Part shown: one piece after another, positions 38,549-51,170 of the stretch
How the letters are laid out: each line of letters opens with the position of its first letter
How positions within the stretch are numbered: position 1 is the stretch's first letter
Assembly: GCA_964234715.1 (NCBI GenBank)
Contig: OZ174275.1
DNA: 64,000 bases
Direction: 5' to 3' (one strand)
From: Podarcis melisellensis
Lineage: Eukaryota
Program-made: the position numbers and the translations under genes
Notes under the pieces: model-generated
Database searches by the model: none
What the model saw: the letters and a program-made list of their open reading frames with translations, nothing else
What the model was told of the DNA's origin: nothing

Positions 38549-39524
38549 TGTTATAAGTCTGGGGGATTGCCAAGTTTCTTGTTGAGTTAATGGGCTCTGC
38601 ATACGGGTCATTCATATAAGAAAGGAGGCAATTGGGTGGCTGGCAGTGAGAAGGACAATCATAGAATCATAGAATCATAGAGTTGGAAGAGACCACAAGG
38701 GCCATCGAGTCCAACCCCCTGCCAAGCAGGAAACACCATCAGAGCACTCCTGACATATGGTTGTCAAGCCTCTGCTTAAAAGACCTCCAAAGAAGGAGAC
38801 TCCACCACACTCCTTGGCAGCAAATTCCACTGTCGAACAGCTCTTACTGTCAGGAAGTTCTTCCTAATGTTTAGGTGGAGTCTTCTTTCTTGTAGTTTGG
38901 ATCCATTGCTCCGTGTCCGCTTCTCTGGAGCAGCAGAAAACAACCTTTCTCCCTCCTCTATGTGACATCCTTTTATATATTTGAACATGGCTATCATATC
39001 ACCACTTAACCTCCTCTTCTCCAGGCTAAACATGCCCAGCTCCCTTAGCTGTTCCTCATAAGGCATCGTTTCCAGGCCTTTGACCATTTTGGTTGCCCTC
39101 CTCTGGACACGTTCCAGTTTGTCAGTGTCCTTCTTGAACTGTGGTGCCCAGAACTGGACACAGTACTCCAGGTGAGGTCTGACCAGAGCAGAACACAGTG
39201 GCACTATTACTTCCCTTGATCTAGATGGGGATCAAGAATAACAATAGCTGGGCTAGAAGCAGGCAGAAGCCTGAGAGGGAGAGACATGCTTGATTTTTGC
39301 TTGAATCCAAGGCTGGGGCTATGGGAGAAGCAAGACCTTCTTGGGTGTTAATGCTGTGAACTAATTCATCATAGGCTAAGGTTGTATAAATTGTGTAAAT
39401 AAACCATATATCATAAAGACACTCCAGTCTTTGCTGTCCTTCATTCCAAGGAAACTAAACACTAGGTAAGTGCCTGGAACCCCTGCAATCTCACACCGCT
39501 TAGAGACTGGGGTTGCATGCAACA
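38549..39524 (+). mobile_element. Solo LTR-like element interrupted by CR1
   Basis: TGTT...AACA termini; flanks atag / atat; family blocks shared with 12731-13055. Confidence 0.6.
38657..39226 (-). mobile_element. CR1 LINE 3' fragment
   Basis: [41 protein letters not shown]...LFSLEKRRL; (ATTCTATG)n tail. Confidence 0.93.
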
Positions 39525-39568
39525 ATATATTAATTATGAATTGCACTAAAACAATCAGGTTGTGTATC

Positions 39569-39802
39569 CACAATGGTGACCAGAGGAGGAATGTTCTGTG
39601 GGAGGAGCACAGAGGGAACAAACACCATGGTGTACATGGAGCAGCAAAACCAGTCACCTTCATCTGCCCCAGCTGCAACAAAACATGTCCCTCCTGTATC
39701 AGTCTCTATAGCCACAGCAGGCGCTGTAACTCCCCAGCTTTTGAATTTACCCCTGAAGGTGTACTCTTCCATTGTCTCCAAAGACAGACGGATGCCAGCA
39801 AC
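39569..39802 (+). mobile_element. RTE LINE 3' end
   Basis: Zn-finger-like FICPSCNKTCPSCISLYSHSRRC followed by ccattgtctccaaagacagacggatgcc, an RTE-type 3'UTR. Confidence 0.7.
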
Positions 39803-42800
39803 ACTCTAGCAAAGAGAAGAAAGGCAAGAGCATCTAGAAATATATGCAAAGATAGCTTTGAAAGATAAATATATGCAAAGATAGCTTTGCATCCTGAATT
39901 AAATGGGAAGAAGTTCTTTCTTCAGTCTGTCCTGAACTGCTGCCAATTAATTCTATTGCATTTTCCAATGGCCTTGTCATTTAAAAATGACGAGAGCCCA
40001 TGCTTTCTCTTTTCCTTTGAACACTATACCCACCAGCACACACAAACACACATTCAGTGCAAGGGGAGTGCACCTGGGGAAGATTTTATTTCAATGTATT
40101 GTAGCGATTAAGGAAGGCATAGTGGTCCAACTTGGAAGGTGGCGGCTGGGTGCATTCCCCCTCTTTGGCCTGCCACCAATTGATTCGCTGAGCTCGCATC
40201 ATTCCCCACGTAAGAAAGGGTGCAGCTCAAGGGCTTACAGAGCATCTTGCAAGCAGAAAAGAGTCAGGAGGACATGTTGGGACACAAGTCTGAGAGCTCC
40301 GTAATTTAAAATTTGCAGAACTACTGCCTAGCCCTTGCCTGGTATCCTGTTTATGTCTCCCCCAAAGGATGCAAAACTCTAATTATGAAATCACAGCGTA
40401 TTCTCTTTCGGTGGATTCAGGAAATGTAGCTGAGTAAACCTCACTCAGTCTTCTGCATACAGTGCCGGTAATGCCAATTCTGTGTGATAACACCTTCAAG
40501 ATGCTCACCTGGACCTATCTTGCATCTCTATTATTTGGATGGAGAGGAAGGAGCAGTCCTCCACCACTGCCCGTAAGTATTTACATATTGTAGGGTTGTG
40601 GGCAACTCGCACAACACGCAATAATGAAATCTCACAAGCCTTTTTCTTTAAAATAAAAACCAGTCACTCTAAATTGAAAGGCTAGACTTGTTTTAATTTC
40701 CAAATCTGGAAAAATAGTCCAAATGCATTAAAAAGGAGATTAAAAGCCCCAAAATATCTACAAGTTCTAAGGGTTTGAGTGTTCCATACTTGAAATTGTA
40801 TTCTCCATTTTCCTAACAAAAAAACTGAAGTCAAAAAATGCCAATGGGGAACAGGGCTGTGACTTATATCCTTTTTAATGCTTCCCTTTTTCTTGCAGTG
40901 GAGAAACACTGGAAATAAAAAGCCTTTTCCATTGCTTCATTCAAACTGCTTCTCTTTTTTTTATTATCTATTGCTATGCTGCAGCTCCACGTTCCTTGAC
41001 CAAGCTATTCTTATTCTTAATTTTATTTTATGTTTGGATTCAGCCAGCTTTGATTTAAGAGGTTCATCTGGCCTGGTTCCCAGGCTCACGTTGTTGCTAG
41101 CCAGTGTAGGGTTGAGTAATATATACCTGCATCAATGGTGTTTTAATGATGCATTATTCTAATACATCATCTGAGAGATAGTGCTTTCTTGATAGATTAG
41201 CCCCATACATCACTGCAGTGAGGCACTCCTTGTGATCTACAACCCAAACAATGTCCATGAGGGGGAAAGGAGAGGGCTAAAGGACGTGATCGCTTCTTAA
41301 TTTCTGACACTTTTGGAAAAGCTTTCTTCCCCTTCAACTGAGCTCAATAACAGCTCCCCGAGTTCAATTTAGGATTGCTAAGTCCAGGTGCATATTTCTT
41401 TTCACGCTGGAATGCTACAGCGATGCACACAGCTAAATGTGAATTAGAGGTGTGGAAAAAGGAGGATGGGGAAAGGCAGACAGGGAGATGAATGTTACAT
41501 ATTCGAGTTTGTTTGGCAGAGTGACGCAAATAACACAAGTGGATGGCAAAATGTAACAGCCAAGCATATCACACTCATATCTTATGGGAGAGCCAGCATA
41601 TTGCAGTGCAGGTAAACACAGAGAAAAGCCAGTGTTGAATAGACAGGAGGTCAGGGTCAGGCAAAGTGAGGCAACCACCCCAGGTGTGAGAGACGGCCGG
41701 GCAGCCCCAATGGCCCTTTGCACCAAATAGCCTATCCTGCACCTCCCTAACAACCCTGCTACCATAAGGTACAGTGGAGGGCACTACCCAACGTTGTTAT
41801 TAAAATTAGGTTCCACTGCCAGCCCAGTTGGCTTCCATGTGTTGAACCATATGGCGGCTGCCATCTTGTCCTTTGCCTCAAGCAGTTTGTCTTGGGCCAG
41901 CCCTGAGAGATGCGACATCCCTGCAGCAGCAGCAGCAGCACAGTCTTGAGAGAAGGCCTGAAGGTTGTGCACTTATTGTGCACAAGCTATGAAGAAAGCC
42001 CTAAAAAATGGGAACAGTGAGCCTGTTGAGCAGGGGTGGGGAATCTGTGGTCCACCGGGTATTTCTGGACTACCTCTAATCCCTGACCATTGGCCATGCT
42101 GGTTGGGGCTATTCCAGGGCAAGTTCCCTATCTCTGCCGTAGAATAAGTAGGGTGAACGCTCTTGTCATCTCTGCGAGCTGCTGACATGGAAACTGCAAC
42201 TAGAATATTCCACTATGCATCAATGGGCCTTGCAACTGTATTAATAAAGGTCAAGAATTGTCCTGAATTAACTCCACCCACCTACCACTGGCTACTAGCG
42301 CTGCCTCTTTTAATCCTCCCTTTTCCCTCTTCCTTTTTTCCCTTCCCTTTCTGTAGCTGGTTCACATCTCTGAGGATCTGCTCTTTTGCATTTTAAATAT
42401 TTGCTCAGTGCTTAATTTAAGCCCCTGAGACTAATTCTGGAGTCCTGGCTTCCTGCACAACTTGAATACAGTGATTTATTTCTGTCACTGCAACACAGGG
42501 CATCTTCAGAAAATTGGTTCCTTCCATCATTAATGTACCTTTTAGAAAAAATAAACAAACATAACAAAGGGAAAAGGTTTGGGGTCTTTTGGGCTTTTTT
42601 TGGGGGGGGGGGTTAAGCAGTATAAGGAATTAAACTGGATTTGTTTTATTTTTTTGGCCTGTTGAATTATGTATGGTATCCATGGCAACCTTGAAGTTTT
42701 CTTCCCTGCTACCTCTTTTTGTTTGCAGGAGTGGAACTTGCAGTTACATCGGGAACAATTCTAATTAACAAACACAGCATCGGAAAACAGTTTCGTCGTG

Positions 42801-43041
42801 GCCACTTTGTTGCCCAGCCTGTGTGGGGACATTCGACAAATCAACCCAAACGGATAAAGACTGGACTGGAGACAATGCCTTGTTCAAGTGTTCACTGGTC
42901 ATTTTATAGGCTTAACTGTGTCAGGTGTTTGATGTGAGAGGTCTCATTCACGCATGCAGGTTACCACTGGATGCTGTTGCATGTATGAACCAGCTTGCAG
43001 GGCCCATGAGGCCTACTCCATATTGAAAGCTAGTTCCTAAT

Positions 43042-43288
43042 TGTTATGTACTGAAGTTCTCACCCTGGGCCAGCAGGGGGATACTGTAGATAGTTATGCA
43101 AATGAAGGATCAAAAGTGACGTTCAGTGATTGGATGGTTTTAGAAAGTTGTTACAGTAACGTGGTACTGGAGCTCTATATAAGCAGGCTAACTGAGCCCT
43201 TCAGTTCAGTTCTGTCCTGGCCTGTGAATAAACAAGAGCTGTTTGAAGAATTGCTGTGTTGTCTGATATGTTCACCCACAACTTAACA
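43042..43288 (+). mobile_element. Solo LTR (247 bp)
   Basis: TGTTA...TAACA termini; 5-bp TSD CTAAT; TATATAA 43176-43182; AATAAA 43227-43232. Confidence 0.9.
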
Positions 43289-43481
43289 CTAATGCATGTC
43301 CTCCACCGTTTTACTAGAGACATTATTTGTGTGTTTCTAACACACTAAGGATTGCTGCCTGCTGTATACTGTATTAGTTTCCTCCACAATAAACAGTGAA
43401 GGCTGGTCCATTAGGACAAATAGGTCACTGGCCCACCAAACCATTTGACCTCAGTCATGCCCCATTTGCCTACCTCCTTAC

Positions 43482-43626
43482 TTAGAATCATAGAATCGCA
43501 GAGTCGAAGGGACCACGAGCCTCATCCAGTCCAACCCATGGCAATTCGGGAATCTTTTTCCCAATATGGGGCTTGAACCCACGACCCTGAGATTTAGAGT
43601 CTCGTGCTGTACTGACTGAGCTGCCC
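43482..43626 (-). mobile_element. tRNA-Lys-like SINE with CR1 tail (Squam2-like)
   Basis: gctcagtcagtacagcacgagactctaaatctcagggtcgtgggttcaagcccc head, then CR1 tail ending attctatgattct. Confidence 0.75.
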
Positions 43627-46422
43627 TTGAGGTAGCACTGGCTCTCGGCTTTCTCAATGTCCTTGTTGCCCTTCCAGAACTCACCAGGAAGGAGGAGGAT
43701 GGGGGCAAAGCCAGAACAAGTTGGCTCTGCCTATCATTGGTTCTCGCTTCATCTGGGTGGGGGGCGCAGCCACAGTGGTGTGCCCATGGCGATGGGGCCA
43801 TGGCAGTGGCATGGCATACCCATGACGGGTTAGTAGTGACGGTTTCGCCTCAAGTGGCAAAACACCCCGAGTCAGCCAGGTCCAAGTCACACAACAATGA
43901 AATAAATCATACTTGAGAGTTCCCTGTTTTGATCACCTTTTCCCTGGGTGGTATTAGAACTTTGCTTATGAATGTAATATGGCGTATCATTTATTTACAT
44001 TTTGCCATGTAAGCAGCTGTTTTCTATCGGAAGAGAAAGTCTTCTGAGGTACTATCAGTACAAGAGTGTCCTAAATGTTTAATAACACAAAAATGTCACT
44101 GTGAAGTACACTTGGCTGACATCTTTGGTACCGCACCACTGTCTTCAGCAGAGTTTACACAGTTTTAGGCCTGCATGAAAACTTTAAACTGTGGAATCCA
44201 CTCTCACAAGATGTACCGATGGCCATTGAAATAGGTTTGGACAAATATAAGGACATCAGTGCCTACAATTAGGATAGATACAGTATGTCTCTGTGCTACT
44301 GACATCTGGCTTGCCACTGTGGAGAGAGGATGCTGGACTAGATGGGCCTTGGACCTGATCCAGGAGGCTGTTCTTACACAGCACTTGTTAGATTCTTCAA
44401 GGGTATTCCAGGTTAATTTTATTTCAGGGTTCCGTATTCATCCATACAGTCCAAAGGGATTACTCTTTAAAAGCTCTAAAAGCTCTTTGCTCCCGAACAG
44501 CATACAGTTCCACTGGGAGAACTAACGCAGTTCTATGAGCACCGAAGGCTATACTTATGAGTCGCATGTTCTCCTAGCCTGCCCAGCTATTATTATGATC
44601 AATTTTGGAGGTCCACCTTGTATGTCCACCACCAGTAAGATCAATCAGGTTGCAGGCACAAGAAGTAGGGCCTTTGTTGTTGTCGTGGCCCTGCATATGT
44701 TGAGTTCCTTTTACCAACAGTGGTTTGAATGGCTCCTTCGATTCACGTCTTTTTAACAGTTTTGAGAAACTGACTATTCCTGGTTACTGTTTCTTGATGG
44801 ATTTGCTCCCACCCCCACCCATAGGAAAGCTTTTTTTATCTTACACTTTGCTTCAGTAGCTTTAAGCTATGAAGCAGTCTATAAATTTGTGAGGTAAATG
44901 AAGAAATAAAGAAATAGAACTAAATGCAATGTGAAGTACTTGCTTTTGTTTTTCCTGAATCTCCCATAATTCCGTTTCACTGAATGACCCCGAATTCTAG
45001 TATAGCCTAATGAGGAGAAAAACATCTCTCTGACTACTTTCCCCACAAGAGGGATAATTTTTAAAACCCTTTGTTATGTTCATCCTTACTCTCTGGGTTC
45101 CCCCACCCCCACCTAAAATTAAAGACTAGAACTTCAGGGAAGTTTTTCATGTCTGGTGTTGTATTGTGTTTTTACTATTTTTTGATGGGAGCTGCCCAGA
45201 ATGGCTGCGGCAAACCAATTAAATGGGCGGCATATACATAATAAATTGTTATATAAAATGTCCAAACTTCTCCTCACATCAGACAGATGTTCCAACTCCT
45301 TGAAAAACCTGAGCTTCTCTTTTTAAACTGTTTTGTGTTTTTTTCTGATTTTATTGCCATGAAGGTCTTTATATAGGCGGTCTTTTCCATTTTCTTTCCT
45401 TACTATACACCACTTTTTGGGAAACAAGATTTTTTGGAAAAGCAGTACAAATAATTAGGATGACTAAATGGAATTGTTTTGCTTTTAATTCATTTAACGT
45501 TCAATTCCGTCAGGTAGAAACGCAGTTTCAAAAACACAACGAACATCTATGTAGCAACTTCATCTTCATAATGACACAGTGGGATAGGAGTTATTTCGCT
45601 CTGGTTATTAATGTCTTATTTGGCTTGCTTTTTCAATGCCTTGCTTGCCCATTTGGAATTCCAGCATAAAAAATAAGTGTGTGCAGTGTTTATTGTTGTT
45701 ACTGACCATCTTGGTCCTATCAACTACAGAATCTATCTATCTATCTATCTATGGAATTCCAACATACAACACAGTCTAATTCTAAAACCCAGTTTACAAA
45801 TAGGGATGCACACAGGCCCCAAGATACAATTCAGGGCCTGATCTGGCACTTCAGAGCAGCTCCAATCCAACCTGGGATTAAACCCTGAACCAAATCTGAT
45901 TAAACATGTGGTCCGGGGGGGGGGGGGGAGAGAAGATACCTGCACTGCATGTCTCTCCCCCCCCACACACACCAGATCGCTGCTTTTGACAACCTTAGAT
46001 TGCTTCAGGTGGACCCGATCCAACCCAGGGCAATCTGGGGCTGCCTCAATCCCAGGTCGCCACAGATGAATCCAGATGAAATTCATCTGGCTTTGGTACA
46101 CAGCCCTATTTAAAATCACTTCTGATGGCTGCAGAAGGATGGTTTACTTGAGGAAAAACACAGAATAATGACTCCTTCTGAACTGATGTGTTCCTGAGTA
46201 ACTCTTTGCAAAGCAATACAATACAAAACAAAACAAAGATGAATAGGAAATGTTTACCCTCTGAAAATAAATGGTAAAAAGCTTTTTCCTGTCCTTTTGT
46301 TTTTTCCCCTTTCGCTCTAAAGAGTCTCAAGCTCTTGTTTCAGTGAAGACAGGCATAATTGTGTATAGGGAAAAGTAATGGATTTTATTATGCAGCTCCG
46401 GGCTGCAACAGCTGATGAGATG

Positions 46423-46680
46423 TGTTGTGTCCTAAGGCAATTGGTGCTTGACATTGTTGGCTTAGCTTTCAGAAAGCCACAGAGTTTGCCTATGGGCAGA
46501 TACATGAATACTGTGTGGTAAACTAACTCACTCCCCCCCCCCCAAATCCAGATTCTGTACCAAGTATATATCCTAAAGACACCACAGTCTCCTCTGTGCC
46601 TCATTTCCAAAAGGAAAAACGGACCCTGGGTCAGTGTGCCTGGAATCCTTGGACTCAAGAAATTGGGGTGGCGTGTAACA
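46423..46680 (+). mobile_element. Solo LTR-like element
   Basis: TGTT...AACA; family blocks taaagacacc and ttggggtggcgtgtaaca. Confidence 0.55.
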
Positions 46681-46703
46681 ATATCCTTATTGCTTTGCAA
46701 CTA

Positions 46704-46929
46704 CAGTGGTACCTCGGGTTACATATGCTTCAGGTTACATACGCTTCAGGTTACAGACTCTGCTAACCCAGAAATATTACCTTGGGTTAAAAACTTTGCT
46801 TCAGGATGAGAACAGAAATCGTGCAGCGGCAGCGAGAGGCCCCATTAGCTAAAGTGGTGCTTCAGGTTAAGAACAGTTTCAGGTTAAGAACGGACCTCCG
46901 GAACGAATTAAGTACCAGAGGTACCACTG
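46704..46929. mobile_element. Tc1/mariner (Tigger-like) MITE, opposite orientation
   Basis: Reverse complement of the 20126/28321 family; TA flanks. Confidence 0.85.
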
Positions 46930-47560
46930 TATTGCTTTTTCCTAGGTCTAAACAACATAAAAATCAATTAAAACTCATACAACTCATTTAAAAACAATGC
47001 AGTCCTATTCATGCCTACTCTGATGCACGTCTCAGTGAGTTAGTGGGGCTTACTCCCAGGAAAGTGGGGGTATAGGAGTGGGGCCTAAAGGTACAATCCC
47101 ATGAACACTTACTTGGGAGTAAGCCTCATGGAACACATCAGGGCTTTAATTCTGAGTGAGCATGCAGAGGATTACACTCTAAGACTTCTTTAATTGGGTG
47201 ACGGTCCCATTCAGCATAGTGCTCATACTTTCCCCTTGCAAATGACCATTGTCCCCTACTCCACAGTGAAAAGCTGGTTTTGAAGAGGTTAGTCTACATG
47301 CTGGAAACACAGTTGTGCCCAGTGCTACATTTCCCAGAGTCAGCTAAGTCAAATGCATGTACCCACATAAGGTTAATCCGCACTCAGTAGTTGCTAGGTA
47401 ACACTGCCTTGCCATCAATGACAGTTTGTTCCAAGGATGTGATGCTTGTAACTTGATATGCTGCTTCCAAGCTTTATGGATGGCTTTCTATTCTGTCATA
47501 AGGATTTTTAGATTTCCTCCCTTTTGAAACTCTAATTAACATAGCCCTCATTTCCTCACT

Positions 47561-47571
47561 GCGCGCGCACA

Positions 47572-47631
<60 letters not shown>
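47561..47631. repeat. Compound (GC)(AC)n(AG)n microsatellite
   Basis: Seen directly. Confidence 0.95.
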
Positions 47632-47636
<5 letters not shown>

Positions 47637-48403
47637 TTATATCAGTACAGGAGAAAGTGGAGAAAAGATATCTAATTAGGGCCAGTTCTGACAATCAGAT
47701 TTGTGTCTTTTCCTGGCTGTCTGTTGTCCAGATTTGTCCAGATTGCAGCAATATTATCTTGTCTGCCCAGTGGCCAACCCAAGTCTCAGCTAGCTGTGGC
47801 AAAAGAAACAAAACAACACCCAGCCACAAAAACGTTGCTAAGCTATCTGAAGTCTTTTGCCTTCTGTCAGAATTCCTTTGATGTTTCACCCTGAGGAGAA
47901 GCTGCCAAGTTTGTTTCTGATTTTGCTTTTGGTGGAATCTGGTGATGCCTTGCAGTTTCCTCCCTTGAAATGCCTCAGGTGTCTTCCTTCTGAGAAGGAA
48001 GCCCCAGACAAACTAGACACAGTCACTGCAGCCCCAGGAGGCTGCCAAAAGAGAGACCCAGCTAGACAAGTGCTGCTGCTAGTGACTTGTTATGAATTTT
48101 TGTTTTGTTGCTTTTAAGGATTTTCTGGTTTTATGCCATTGTTTTTTTATCTTATTTGAAGTTGCTGTAAACTAGCCCTGTGGTTTATAATATAAATCAT
48201 ATAAATACATACATACTGCTATAGGTTTGGGGGTCAGTCTAGATGATGTACGTGGCTTCCTTCCAAACCTGTGATCCTGTGGCTATGAGACTGGCATCTA
48301 CCAGGGGAAACCTGATGAACCACTCAGTCTAGTTACTTTGCTAAGTTAATGGCCTTAGCTGGTGAGCTAAGTGGTCTCACCAGCATCTCAAAAAGTGAAG
48401 TAT

Positions 48404-48417
48404 GTTGCCATAGCAAC
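48404..48417. promoter_or_regulatory. RFX X-box motif GTTGCCATAGCAAC
   Basis: Matches the RFX consensus; motif only, no functional evidence. Confidence 0.45.
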
Positions 48418-48626
48418 AACTAAGTGACGGTGCTTCCCAGGAAGAGAGTAGGCCTTTTCCTTTTCCCCCTCACCTGCAGAGACAGGGTCCTTCTCTGAAT
48501 ATGCAAACAGGACATAATAACCATAAGAAGAACCCTGGTGGATGAGACTAAAGACCCATCTAGTCCTTCACCCACTTCTCACAATGGCCAGTCAGATGTC
48601 TACAGGAAGCCCACAAACAGGGCATG

Positions 48627-48875
48627 AGAAGAAGAAGAGTTTGGATTTGATATCCTGCTTTATCACTACCCTAAGGAGTCTCAAAGTAGCTAATATTCTC
48701 CTTTCCCTTCCTCCCCCACAACAAACACTCTGTGAGTTGAGCGAGGCTGAGAGACTTCAGAGAAGTGTGACTAGCCCAAGGTCACCCAGCAGCTGCATGT
48801 GGAGGAGTGGAGACATGAACCCGGTTCACCAGATTACAAGTCCACCGCTCTTAACCACTACACCACACTGGCTCT
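48627..48875 (-). mobile_element. Squam3-like SINE
   Basis: Matches 5893-6150. Confidence 0.82.
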
Positions 48876-49010
48876 CTGGCTGAGAACAACAGCACCCTTC
48901 CACTCAGGATCATAGAATTGTAGAGTTGGATGGGACCAGTGGTCAGGGATGATGGGATCTGTAGTCCTAAAACAACAGGGGACCCAAATTTGGGAAACAC
49001 TGATCTAGTT

Positions 49011-49262
49011 CAGGGATAGGCAACCTAAGGCCCAGGGGACGGATGCAGCCCAATCACCTTCTCAATCTGGCCCACAGATGGTCTGGGAATCAGTGTGTTT
49101 TTACATGAGTAGAATGTGTGCTTTTATTTAAAATGCACCTCTGGGTTATTTGTGGGGCATAGGAATTCGTTCATTTTCCTGCCAAAACAATATAGTCCGG
49201 CCCACCACATGGTCTGAGGGACGGTGGACCAGCCCACGGCTGGAAGAGGTTGCTGACCCCTG
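49011..49262. mobile_element. hAT-Charlie-like MITE
   Basis: CAGGG...CCCTG termini; TSD atctagt(t/c). Confidence 0.8.
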
Positions 49263-49417
49263 ATCTAGTCTAACCCCCTGCAATGCAGGAATCTTTTGCC
49301 CAAGGCATGCCTGGAGCCCACAACCATGAGGTTAAGAGTCTCATGCTCTAGCAACCAAGCTATTTGTATACTGCCCTTCGTTGACTATCTTTGATACTGG
49401 AGGTAATCACAGAACTA

Positions 49418-49552
49418 CCGTATTTTTCGCTCCATAGGATGCACTTTTTCCCTCTTAAAAACTAAGGGGAATATATTTTTTTTTCTTGATTTCCCCTCTA
49501 AAAACTAGATGCTTCCTGTGGTCCGGTGCGTCCAATAGAGCGAAAAATACGG
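49418..49552. mobile_element. Tc1/mariner-superfamily MITE (CCGTA termini)
   Basis: 15-bp TIR CCGTATTTTTCGCTC; TA flanks. Confidence 0.85.
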
Positions 49553-50936
49553 TAATAGCCACCTTGGGAACACAACTTCCAATGATCCATCTAGTTCAGT
49601 ATTGTGTACACTGCCAGCAGCAATCCACAATTTCTTGCGGGGATATTTCCCAGTCCTACCTGCAGATGCTGGAGACTGAACCTGGAAAAGCATACATGCT
49701 CAACCAACGGCCTCTCTTATTTTTTGGTCATGTACCCGCTTTACCACTTAATTATGCCCTAAATTAGAGGCCTCTCTGGTGTCATTCTGGCCAGCGTGAA
49801 CTAAGCTGGAATTGCCATATTGCAGGAGCTCTCTGAGCTCACGCTAATTCGCCAAGGTAAAAGAAGCAAGGCAGCATGTGATGTTATAAACCCCTAGAGA
49901 GAAGCTGATGCTGCAAAATTCCCATCTGGTTCACTAAGCACAACAGTTCCAAAGAGGGAGGGAGGGAGGGAGTTCTTGCCTATCATGCTTGATTCTGCCT
50001 TAGAGGGAGGCATTTGCAAACGTCCAAGTCTGCCTCTTTCTTCAACCATCCCAGTATTTGGGATCCAAGTGTCCAAATGTTTCTCTCTGCATCACTTGGC
50101 CAGGTGCTCTTGTGTGGACCGGGATCTGGCAGTCAAGCAGTTGTTTGCCTAGTGAAAGCTGTTCTTCCCCATACTCACCAGCGTGTTGCTATGCAAATAC
50201 CTCGTTGAGCTTCTCCGCAGATTGTTGCCTTGCTTATGGGAGGCAGTATTTAATGAGCACATGGCGTGATTTTCCCTTCCGACCAGCCTTTGTCGGACTC
50301 AAGAGCATTTTTGTCATGTTTTCATGGGTGTAGAGTTGTTTGGTCATGCAGGAAGAAACCAGTTCAGCGGTTGCTGTCATGGCGATGAGGTATTTAACCT
50401 AGGAGAAAGCCCCCCCCCCCGAACAATTCCCTGATTCTTAAAAATAACACATACACACATTTATTCAAAAGTTACAGCAACATCTGGAGAGCCACAACTT
50501 CCTCATCCTTGCGCTACGTGAAGAGACAATATCGAAGTGGCCTCAGTGTGATATATCGCAAGGGAGTTGCTTGTGATACCCTTGGGAGATTCATGATTCA
50601 TACTTTCCACAGACATCTGCTGAAGCTTCTTGTTACCTTACCCAGTATTTCTCTTCAAAGGGACTTTTAAAAGTACACGTTTTGCTCAAATATTCTCAGA
50701 TCTAAATCACTGTAGCATAGATGCAGCCAATCCTTCATAGCAGCTGCTTTGTTGCTGTCAGAAGGGGAGCAAGTGTCTTTTGTTTTGAAACCGGCTCTTT
50801 CGAAGTGTGTGCTGGAAACAGTTAAAGCTGTCTTACTTCATTGCACATGCAATGTTTATATGTTGAGGCTGCAATCCTGTACCGACTTAACCTGCAACGA
50901 AGTCCCATTGAACCAAATGCATTGCATAGGATTGTA

Positions 50937-51170
50937 CAGTGGTACCTTGGTTTAAGAATAGCTTAGTTTATGTACAATTTAGATTAAGAACGCTGCAAAC
51001 CCAGAAGTAGGTGTTTTGGTTTGTGAACTTTGCCTTGGAAGCAGAACATGTTCCGCTTCCTGTTGAGTGTGTTCCATTTGTAAATTGAGTCCCCCACTGC
51101 TATGGGAAAGCACGCCTTGGTTTAAGAACGGACTTTTGGAACAGATTGTTAGTAAACCAAGGTACCTGTG
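50937..51170. mobile_element. Tigger-like MITE, second subfamily
   Basis: cagtggtaccttggttta / taaaccaaggtacctgtg; TA flanks. Confidence 0.75.

Noticed and set aside
39470-39868. Cys/His-rich ORF as a host zinc-finger gene
   Set aside because: It is the C-terminus of an RTE LINE joined to LTR-like sequence.
39838-39889. 23-bp direct duplication aaatatatgcaaagatagctttg
   Set aside because: Real, but most simply a local slippage or repair duplication with nothing inserted.
43560-43626. tRNA-Lys-like sequence (also 61277-61345 and other SINE heads)
   Set aside because: Degenerate cloverleaf fused to a CR1 tail; these are SINE heads, not tRNA genes.
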